Shown one piece after another: positions 51,634 through 64,000 of a stretch of DNA of 64,000 nt. The stretch's first letter is position 1; each line of letters starts with the position of its first letter. The translations under genes and the position numbers were made by a program. Origin of the DNA: the human T2T-CHM13v2.0 reference genome, Homo sapiens. The notes under the pieces are model-generated. The model saw nothing but the letters and a program-made list of their open reading frames with translations, did not search any database and was not told where the DNA came from. The stretch lies in assembly GCF_009914755.1 (NCBI RefSeq), contig NC_060947.1; one strand, 5' to 3'.

Positions 51634-54600
51634 TCTAAGGGAATATTGTCCTATCCGACAATGGATTTAGTTATTTGCTATGCATTTTATTATGGTACTG
51701 ATAATTCAGTTTCCAAAAGGTCATACTAAAGAAATTTGGACACCTTAATTCTACATCTCTGACATCAGTAATGATGTTAGCAGCCACGTAAAAGAAGGCC
51801 GGTCTAGGTCATGAAGAAGGATTGGCCTTCTCAAAATCTATTCTACTACTCCTAGGAAACACATTCATTTTCTGTTTACAAAGTAGGGCTATTAGTTATG
51901 ATGGTAAGTATGTATATGAGAGCTCTGTATTGTATGTTGCTTACATTTGCTGTATAAACATTTCCAGAGTGTTTTCTAAATGTTTTCTGTGTACCCAAAT
52001 TTGAACGAATAAAGGATTCTTTAAAAACTGCCCCTCAGCTCTCCAATAAACTCACACCTTTACTCACTACAGAAATCCCAATCATTTGAGAACATTACCC
52101 CTTCTCCTCACCCCTAAAAAAAACATACCTAGAAAAAGACAAGCTAAAAGGAGGAAAATACTTTCCAGATCGATTAGGCAAACAATTTAATGCTGACCAC
52201 AGCATTTCAGCACAGATGATCAAAAGCCGAAGTATCAATAGATTACTAAACCTCAAAATAAGCACTGAATACAAGTTCATCAGTTGCACCCTGCAGCGAG
52301 GAAGTAAGGAAAAAACACATCTCATACAACCCTTTCTCCTTTTTTCCTAATGAAAAAAAGTAAACGTCTAAGGAGTTTCAAGTATTTGTTATTTATTCCT
52401 TTCTGTTTTACGAGTAGCCCCAGCTGCATCTGGTTTACTTCTGAGTATCACTGGAAGCCCATTTTAAACTGAGGCCCCCAGTTAACCATACTGGAATGCC
52501 TGGAATACATTAACATGTCCAAATGAAAATCACTCAGATAGCCTTATAAGCTGCAAATAATAAATGCAGAAATGGAATTAGCCCCTTCTCTTGTTGACTT
52601 GCTCTCTTACTACTTAGACAATTACATTCTTCCCAAAAGGCTTCAAAATGACCTTCAAGAAAGATATTTTTGAAGTAAGATTATTACAGTAACTGTAAAG
52701 ACTGATATAATGGGAAAGGTGGAACAATGGAGATAATTGTATCAAAAACTTCAAAATTCTAGACTAAGGTTAATTGCTGCAGCTGGGCCCAAAAGGTAGC
52801 TGTGAGTTTTCTGGCAACACTAAATAGGAAAATGTACTGAATTGCATTTGCTCCTGTAGCCTGATAAAAGAAGGCATACTGTTTAATACCTCTCCTGCAT
52901 AAAAGTAAAAACTGTGCTAGATACTATGGAAGAAATGAAGATTATGCCATGGAAACTGCCCACAAGGAGTTTACAAATCTTCTCTCTCCCATAACTAGAG
53001 GCATGAGTAGTTGTGCTGGTGGGGGACCTAGGACTTGACGCCTGCTTGGAGGTTGTGAACAGTGGGGAGATCAAAGGTAACTAGTGGTGCATGTTTAGTG
53101 GTGCTGTTGAAAATGAGGAAGAGCAAGTTCCATGGGGAGAATGAGACTTCTCTGGGCCATAATTAATCACAGCTATTCATTTTTGCTTCAACGAAAGCAG
53201 AGGAGTTTATAATGAAAAATATGCGATAAAAATGGCACAAACAATTCTCTCTTGGGGGTGGAGGAATCCCACTCTTCTATATTACCCTCTTTTCATGAGT
53301 ATGTTACTCTATTCATTACACTTTCCTTATGTTTTTGTTACAAATACATTATTATTGGAGCTGAAGTATTTCAGAATGAAAAGCCTTTCTCAATGGGTGT
53401 CTCTTAACTTCTTTCTTTCTTCACCCACTCCCTCTCTCCCTCCTTTCCTCCTTCCTTCTTTCCTTCTGTTTTTTTTTTTTTAAATCTCTGACTTGGAAGC
53501 AATGTCACTTTTTAAAGGTATTTCTTTAGTGGGACAATAGGAAAATTTGGGGAGAAATAAGTGAAACATATTTAAATGTTTTATCATTTCAAAGATGAAG
53601 TAAATGTCACATGCCACTAAAGTGAGGCCTCAAGAATTGGGAAAAAGGGGGAGACAGTCTTGGTTCTGTTTTATCTGTCAGTTGCCTATTAAAATATGCT
53701 AGTCACAATTATGGAAATCATTGCCAAATGTTGACACCAGCTGAATGCTGCTAAATATTTAAAAATCATTTTAAGGTTTTGTTGTTGTTGTTGTTGAAAC
53801 ACTTTTCTCAAATGTTCCAGACACCTTCCCTGTTTTTGAAAGCAGAGTCAATTGTCCAAACCTGAATCATATCTTGGTTATTGAGGATTGCACCAAGACC
53901 TCAGGATCGCCTGTACAGAAAACCAGCAATCATTATCCAGGAATGGAGATGAACATGGAGAAAGTCTAAGAGACTGGGCTGACTGTACAAACTCCAAGAT
54001 ATAGTACATAAGCCTAGAGATCCTTTCTTAAACTTCGATATTGAAATTACTTTCCTATTATTTTTCCTATTTCTTTTAAAAGCATATTGCTTGGACTAAA
54101 TTACAGTTATTGTGGGTTTTTTAAAAAGTGTCAATTCATGGACCCTCTCTATTATTATATTTCTTTGTCTTTCTATGTTCAAACTTTTTGGACTTTCAAA
54201 ATGTCATTGTGTATTTAGAACAAGAGTTCTTTATTAAACTTTAAATATATATATTTTTGAACTAGGCAGTCACCTTTTTCCACAAAATCCCTTTTTGAAG
54301 ATTATGAGCTTGTACTTGATTAGAATCACCTTATTAGCACTCATTATGCTTCCAAGAATACCTTGATTTGCAAGCTACCCATCTGCTGTAAAATTCAACT
54401 TCAAACATTTTAAGACAAAAAATGCTAGACCATTACTACATAATCACACTAATTATCTTAAAAATAACACTTAACAATGGCCACTAAGTAATTTTTTAAA
54501 AAAATCCGTATATAACGTAAAAGCACTGAAAATGTAACAGTTGGAGAATATCCAACAGCATTTAGCCAAATATCATTTCTATAATGCTAAGGGATGGAAT

Positions 54601-55179
54601 TAAATTTGCAAATATCAGCAATTTGCAGGCCATCAAATCTAGGTTAAAATGTGGTTGAGTGAGGAAAGTTGGCACATGGGTGTATACAATTTTCATCTAT
54701 ATTTGAGTAAAAACTGAACTGGGAGTGAAAGTACAGCTGCAGATGAAGAGATCTCTGTGTACCTCTCAGTTGAGCCCATATTTATTCTCCCTCTTTCAAA
54801 GTGTTTCAACAATCTCATGTTTCATTCAACAAATATTTTTCCAAGCCCTAACGTGTACTAGGCACAAAAGATATGTTGGTGGACAAGATAGCATCTAATG
54901 CAAAACAAAACAAAAAGTATGGCAGACTTTCACTGCAACTTCAAAGAAATCTGATGTTAAGATGAGCACAAGGTCAGTAGGCTGGAGGGAAATATCCACT
55001 GCTTTCTACTTAACCATGTTGGCTTCATCTGCATCTCAATTCCATCGCTAGTTTTCCCTTCCCACCACCACCATCTAAATCAAAACCTTAATATTTCATA
55101 CCTTCAATACTTCAACAACTTTCTAAGAGGTACTTCCTCTTGCCAGTCTCTTTTTTTCTGTCATTTTTTTTGCACAAGC

Positions 55180-55562
55180 TGATGGTGTCATTTCTCATGC
55201 TTCAGCCATTCTGACTTAACATTCAACTCCCCAAACATATCACAGTTTTCCCCCTCTATCTTTGCTCAGGTTATCCCCTCTGCCTGGAATACCTTCCTAT
55301 TCCTTCTTCAAAGAACACCTCAAACAGTGTCTCTGCCATGACTCCATCTTCAACCACCACTGCTGAATATAATCCCAGTCCCTACCTGTGCCCTTGGACT
55401 GTTGTAGCTGTTAGTTTGTATCTGGCTTATGGCATATAACACAAGTAACCTCTTACTAAAAGGTCAGGCAAGAACCACATCTTTCCTAACTTTGTATTCT
55501 CCACATTACTGAGCCCAGTGCCTAACAAGTAAGAGGTTGCAATAAATGTTTGTTGAATGAAT
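55180..55562. mobile_element. L2 3' fragment
   Basis: tttgctcaggttatcccctctgcctggaata...cagtgcctaacaagtaagaggttgcaataaatgtttgttgaatgaat, typical L2 end. Confidence 0.65.
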
Positions 55563-58500
55563 CATTTCTTTGGGGAATTGAATGTACATACAATTCTTAA
55601 TGGATTTAACAGGACTTTCAGCATTAAATAACCCCTGACATTTATACAAATCCTTCTAGGAAACCACAACCAAATAGTCTTACAAATTCAGTGCTGCTGC
55701 TTGCTCTCATATGAAGAGAAACAGAGGTAGTAGGATTCCCATGACATAAGGAGCCCTTGTTAGAACTGTTATGTGTGACAAGGCAGCATTTTCGATGTTT
55801 ATGCCACTTGCTGATAGAATGTTTCATTTCAGATATTTTCAGTGGTTACATCTAGAGTTCACCCAAGAAAAAGGTATTTTCCAAAACTACTTCTCAGGCT
55901 CCTTTGAAAAATGAGACAATATTCCAAAGTCAAATTCTTCCTACAGTGGGGTACTGGGAGATTAAAGATGGCTATGGTTTTAAAATTTGTTAGTAATACT
56001 GAAGTTAAGACTGAATTTGGTTCTATATAGAACACTTTTTTTGGTTAGTAAAAAAAGTAAAATAACCAGGAAATTGCAGAAACACTAGAGATTACATTTT
56101 TATAAAAGCTGGAAAAAATTAAGTTTGTTAAGTGGAACAACTCCTAGGATAGGTATTTGTGAAATATTTAAAACAAGAACACAGAGTACATGAAGCTATT
56201 AAAAATCCTCAAATTGTTACTTCGGTTTTACTATCTTTCACAAATGGGAAGATGAACAAAGATATTAAGACAATGTGACAATGTGGTCTTAAAACAATGT
56301 GGTTTTTAAAAATGAGATCTCTAAAAAGTATTTGGAGCTAAGAGATTATTGATACTACAATGTAATCTACTCACTGTATTTAGATGCATATAAAAGATGG
56401 TTAAAGAGTTTAAAGTCACAGAAAAAGGTTTTCTGTTTGCATTTTTGCACGCTAAGACAGAAATTAGAACATTACTACCGTTCCGTTAGCTAACAAATCA
56501 TGGCTGATACATAGGACATGTCTTGTTTTTTGTCATATTTAATGGAATTAAAGGGAATTTGTCATATGTAATACATTTATATTACTGTGGACTTTACATT
56601 TTCAAATTTTTGTACAGTTTTCAACGTGGAAACTGCCTTCATTGTCCACTATCTACTCATAAGAATATAGGTAGAAGCAAAGCCTAATTTATTTTCTACC
56701 AATTTCCAGTGGGTTAAAAAAAATTTGAGCTTCAACAGAAAAAAAGCTTATTTATGATATACAAAAATCCAATTTAAGGCATACATTTAAATGCCTATGA
56801 CCGAGTTATAGCTGCAAAACTGTTTCTAACAGATAGATTCTATAGCCATATCTACTTAACTAAATAACATATTAGACATGACATTAAGCAATTTTACATA
56901 ATCTCATCATAAACAAGATACCGAAAAATGATTTACTCTATCTCTAGATACAACATGGTTCAATCCAAATACTGGAGATCATTTAGAAAATAAAAGGATG
57001 AAAAACAAATGGAATTGTTTACTGACTTTAAAGAAAACAATATCAAGAAAGATGGCAAAAAATGTGAGATAAACTTGTAATGACATCTAGCAATAAAACT
57101 TGACCCTGGGGTGAGAATTGAAGGCACAGAAACAAAAACATTGAAAACCCAAGCAGGACTGCAAATCTGGATTAGACATCAAAAATTAAAAAAAAAAAAC
57201 CATAAATTTAAGAAACTGAAGACCGATTATGTAGCAGAATAAACACTGAAGAAAAAAAAGAGTATTTACAGAAAATAGCAGACAGCTAAGATTCCTCTGG
57301 AATATATAACCCCATAAGTCAGGGACCAAGTGACACACTGAGAGGAAAACAAGGGTCACCTCAAGGATGGTACATGCAGAAAGGTCATCTGCAAGGGCAA
57401 ACAGAACAGTAAGTAAACAATGTTCTATGAATAATGTCATGTTCCTAGAAGAACTAATTGCTATTTCCGGATGCACAGAAGTACCTTGTATCCACATTTC
57501 GAAAAAATCTGATATAGAGAAAAAGACTTCATTTCAGCTATGCTACATGAAGAGATTATTTACTAACCAAGTAGGATCAGATGTATATTACCCTAACATC
57601 TAAGAGTTTCTTCTAGACAAAAGAGTTGAAATATAATAGTTTTCAAATTTCCAATTTCCAAATCTCTCCTACTTAATGGAGTTCCTGTAGCAAAGGGTCA
57701 GTATTAATGGTAACATCAAACAGTAGTTGGGGAATACATGCCTGGCCCTAGCCCAAGTCTTTTCTCACCAGATGCCCAATTACAACTTGGCCAGGAAGAG
57801 ATGATTTTGAGCTATGATCCCATAAAACAACACTTTAAATAAGTTGGATTAGATTCCAAATTATTGTATAAAATACTTGACCCATAATAAGGCTGAATTG
57901 CTACTGCAATATTTCAGCTGATCTATGACAGGTTTCTTCCTAGCTGGCCAGGGCATTGTACTAATGAGTATATAACAGAATCAGACATCAATGAGTTTCA
58001 TGCAGTGAAGATGTGATACACAGCCACAGTTACAATCCCCAGTTCTGGTCAGCAAACTCAACAATGCGGTGTTTGGGGAGAAGGATGGACAAGGGAGCAG
58101 AGACAGCTCAGTGTTCTGACACTCAGCAATTAAGCAAAGTTTAGTATCACAAAGTTAGGTAACTTTGTCTAAAAATTCTTCTCTTCTGCCTTATTTTCAA
58201 AACAAGTTATCCAAATAATTGTCCATGAACTAAATATGAAGGTTAATAAAGTCTTAATCTAAATTATCATGAATCAGAAACAATAAAAGAGGGAGGGATT
58301 AGCAAAGGAAAAGTTGGCTTATCCACGCCTTACTTTATAGTGCAAAAAGTAAAGGAGAACCAGAAAACTTCACAGACAGTCCCAATGTCATGTGGAGCAG
58401 CATGACTGTGATAAGAGCTGGATGCTTTTGGTTTACTAAAGCAATAGCCTAATTGATGTTCTCTCCATTTCCTTCTTCTCCACAGGAAAGAAGACTGAAT

Positions 58501-58884
58501 AATGATTGGAAGAACGCCGGAGTCATCAAGCTCTTTTGATAACTGCATATGTGAACTAGGTCAAGTCACTCTCCCTCAACGGATCACCAGTTTACCCAAC
58601 TGTAAATGGCAACAATTTTGAACTGAACGTTCTTCCTTCTACAGCCAAAATTCTTCGTTTGCTAGGTTTGTGAAGTGCTTTTATATGTATGAGCGCTTTC
58701 TTAACTATGAAGATATCTGAGTCATCGAACTTTTGGTGGGGGCAATCTCATGATCAGTCATGACTAGATTTTAGAGTTTTCTCATCCCCATACTCAAAGT
58801 TTTTTTTTTAAGAATAAAAATGAAAAGAAACAATACCCCACAATATTTCTGAGCCTCAAAGGACAGACTAAAAAAGCTAACTTT

Positions 58885-60740
<1,856 letters not shown>

Positions 60741-60974
60741 TCTTTTTACTGTTAATATTTTAAACTCAAAAAAAGCAAGGAGGAAAACAGTATGCTACTA
60801 TCTGTGTGAAAATGGAAAATAAGTATGGATATATTTGCTCATATGTATATATATAATATCTATGGGAGAGGGAAAACCAAAATATCAGTTTGGAGGTCAA
60901 CTGATTAACTGGGGAAAAGAGATGAGGGGAAAACTTCGCTGCATACTCTACTATCGTTGAAATTTCTTAAACTT

Positions 60975-61420
60975 TTTCATTGAGTATAATTCACAAATCA
61001 TAAAACTCACCCTTTTAAAGTCTACACATCAGTAGTTTTTAACACATTTATATACAAAGTTGTGTAACTATCATCACTAATTCCAGGACATTTTCATCAC
61101 CCTTAAAAAAAAAGCCATGTACCCATTAGTAGTTAATTCCCATACCCCTCACCCCTCACTCACCCATCTACTGCCCTTCACAAGACCCTGGCAACCACTA
61201 ATCTGCTTTCTGTCTCTATGGATTTGCCAACTCTTGATGTTTCATATAAATGGAATCACACAATATGTGACCTTTTATGTCTGGCTTCTTTCACTTAACA
61301 TCATGTTTTTAAGGTTCATCCATGTTGTAGCATGGATCAGTACTTTGTTCCTTTTTGTAGCTGAGTAATATTACATTGTATGTATATACCATATTTTGTT
61401 GATGTACTCATTAGTTGACT
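60975..61420 (-). mobile_element. L1MB-like 3' fragment
   Basis: ccctggcaaccactaatctgctttctgtctctatggatttgcc...tttcatataaatggaatcac...aggttcatccatgttgtagcatg. Confidence 0.8.
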
Positions 61421-61589
61421 GTTTTTCTAAATTTTTGAATTATGAAAATATCCATTCAAAAATTAAACTTTAAAAAATAGAAACAAAATGAAAAAGCCCT
61501 TCTCATAAAAAACAGAAAAATGTAAAAAAAAAAAATCAAGCAAATAATGTATGAAAAATAACAACATACAGAAAAGCTTCTTTGACATT

Positions 61590-62121
61590 TGCCAGGACTC
61601 ACAGACTCAATAGCAACTTACACTCGCAACTAAAATTTATTACAGCTTGGAATACAGAGGAAAAGTAACAGGAAAAATATACGTATCAGTAGAATCAAGA
61701 GAAGCCCAGCACAAGCTTCCAATGTTCTTCCTAGTTCGAAGCCACATGCACAAGGACTCTCTCTCTCTAGCAGCAAACTACAGAGGCATGTATGGAATGT
61801 CTCCACCCTGGGAAGCCCAGTTCTAGTCTCAAGGTCTGAGGTGCAGATGGGTCCTGGTCACATATGCACAGCCTGCTACCAACTGGCCATGGCAACTGTA
61901 ATGCAGGACCCTAACAATGAATCAGTCATCAATCTTGATCTTGAGCAAAGCAACCCTGACAAGCTGTTATGGCATGGTCCATTGTTCCAGGTGTATACAA
62001 CACAATAACCAATCAGTGACAAAATGAATGGTGGCCACATTCCCAGGGGATAGTTAAGGTTTCCCTGGGAGACATGCAAAGAGTAAGCCACCAAACCTGC
62101 TATATTAACTCTTTCCTCACA
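61590..62121. mobile_element. Old ERV LTR fragment (MER21/MER68/MER77-like)
   Basis: caggactcacagactcaatagc...tttattacagc...aatacagag and end ...aactctttcctcaca resemble this LTR group; subfamily uncertain. Confidence 0.5.
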
Positions 62122-62339
62122 TGAGATTTCTTTATTGCTAATTCCCCATCACTGGGGTATGAACTGGAGTTGAGGTACAAGTCACAGAAATAAGGGAGTG
62201 AAGAATAGGGATTGGGCACCATTTGACTTCTACTTCACCTATAAACAGGAGTTATTTGTCTTCGTGGAAATTATTCTCTTTTCCACTTAAAAAATATAAA
62301 GACTAGACACCTCTGCTTTGTGTGGGCTTGCTTTCCCCC

Positions 62340-62830
62340 GATTATGTCAACCTTTCCAGCTCCTGGAACAGGATCCAAAGTCCTCAGCATGATACACAGA
62401 GCCCCACCTGATCTCCCCACCCCCGGGACCTCCCTGCCCTCATCTCCCACTGCCCTCCCCCTTCATGGCTCTGCTCCAGCCACGCTGGGGATCTTGAGTT
62501 TCCTCACACACACCAGGCTGCCGCCAGCTTCAGGGCCTTAGCTGTCGCCATTCTCTTTGCCTGGAATGTTCTTAGAAATCCTCTTCACTGTCCCCTCATC
62601 TCCTGCATGCCTCTCCTCAAAGGTCACCTCACTGGAGGCCTCCTGGCCACTGTATCTAAAACAGTAGCCCCTGCCATTCTCTGCACCCTTTCCTCACACC
62701 TGACAATGTATTGTTATCCTGAATATTTAATTATTTTTTACCTGCTCCTCCTCCAACTCCCAATGAGAATGTCTGCACCATGGAGGCAGGGACTGTTTCT
62801 GGTTCACGGCTAAGTCCCAAGGCCATGAAC
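62340..62830. mobile_element. L2 fragment
   Basis: tccaaagtcctcagcatg...ctccagccacgctgg...tcagggcctt...tgcctggaatgttctt...catggaggcagggactgtttctggttcac. Confidence 0.75.
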
Positions 62831-63129
62831 AAGAAGGGGACAGCTGTCACACTCTGCAGTAGTATATGATAGGCACACACATATCACATCACTTCTAGGA
62901 CTGCTCACTCTCCAGTGTTCTGTCTTTCCAGTGGCTTGTTGCTGCTATTTTCTCTGTCATGCTCTTGGTCCATTTTCCCTTGCTCTCTTTCTTAATTGAC
63001 TATAATTATAGAAGTACATTACCAATCACTTCTAAGATGAACACTTGTTCACTTTTTAACATCTAGGACATTGGGATGCCCATTACGATCAATGGCATAT
63101 TGTAGGGGATGATGAATAAATGGGGGACA

Positions 63130-63738
63130 TAGTTATCAGTTTTTACAAAAGAAAAACTGGTCATGTTACAGTGGAGAAATCCAGTAGATGCCACTTGAAC
63201 CAGCTAATTAAAGTTAACATAATGAATAAGATATATCAATATCCCATACCCTCAGATGTCATGCACATCATTTCTGCGTGTGGGTTTCTTTTTTATTTGT
63301 CAAAACCACATGATCTCAGTCTAATCATGAGAAAACATTCAACAAGCACAAGGTGAGATGTATTTTACAGAATAACTGACCAGTATTCATCCTAAGTGTC
63401 ATGGTCATGAAAGACAAGGAAAGACTGGGAAAGTGTCACAGGTTGGAGGAGACTAAGGAGATATAAGGAATAAATGCCATGTGGGATCCCAGATTGGATC
63501 CTGGAACAGAAAAATAACATTAGGAAGAAAATTGGTGACATTCAAATAAGGTCTTGAGTTTACTTAAGAATCTTGTACCAGTGATAATTCCCTGGTTTTG
63601 ATAACTGTGCAATGCATGGCATGTAAGTTGTTGACATTAGGGGAATCTGGATAAAAAGTATACAGGAGTTTCCTGTATCACTTTTGTAACTTTTCTGTAA
63701 GCCTAAAATTATTAATATTTCAAAATAAAATGTTTAAA
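63130..63738 (+). mobile_element. L1MC-like 3' fragment
   Basis: acagtggagaaatccagtagatgccacttgaaccag...tcagtctaatcatgagaaaaca...ttggatcctggaacagaaaa...aacttttctgtaagcctaaaatt. Confidence 0.75.
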
Positions 63739-63779
63739 AGGCGAGGCTGAACTATCAATATGTATTTGTTTGGGTACCA

Positions 63780-63857
63780 TTAGGTCGGTGCAGAAGTAAT
63801 TGCAGTTTTTGCCATTGCTTTCATGGCAAAAAACACAATTACTTCCGCACCAACCTA
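63780..63857. mobile_element. MADE1 (Hsmar1-derived ~80-bp palindromic MITE)
   Basis: ttaggtcggtgcagaagtaattgcagtttttgccatt...atggcaaaaaacacaattacttccgcaccaaccta; inverted arms match MADE1. Confidence 0.93.
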
Positions 63858-64000
63858 TAATTGTAATTCTATTTTCCTTTCAAAAGAGGTTTTTGAAATG
63901 TCCAAAATAGCATTGACTTTTACCAGTCAAAGATACTTCCCTTTAAAGGTTAGCATCATAGAAAATAGAGATCCTTAAATAAAATGTTATTTTCCTTGAC

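Overview
This window is primate (human-like) genomic DNA, not prokaryotic. It carries most of the X-linked muscleblind-like 3 gene (MBNL3) on the minus strand. Reading splice sites directly gives coding exons of 165, 192, 237, 151, 36 and 95 nt plus a terminal exon (LKF-stop). These encode 295 residues, which fits the 354-aa MBNL3 protein if a 59-codon first coding exon lies beyond position 64000; I could not find that exon here. An extra 74-nt stop-containing alternative exon lies at 9577-9650, and a long 3'UTR runs from 7883 towards, and probably past, position 1. The introns hold Alus, L1/L2/MIR fragments, hAT and mariner MITEs, a tRNA-Ile-derived SINE head, a ~1.15-kb AT-rich tandem repeat, and a complete HERV-W (LTR17) solo LTR in sense orientation inside an Alu fragment. 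The most interesting signals form a candidate splicing-autoregulation module around the C-terminal cassette exons: a 245-nt AG-exclusion zone with a distant pyrimidine tract, a hairpin enclosing a polypyrimidine stretch, a perfect U1-complementary orphan donor with nearby UGCAUG motifs, and dual-frame coding. Also notable are two candidate internal promoters (LTR17 and a TATA/uORF exon) that would yield an isoform lacking ZnF1-2, an Alu orientation switch favouring stop-free circRNAs, and template-switch-like perfect hairpins. Repeat subfamily names and paralog comparisons come from recalled consensus sequences and need database confirmation.
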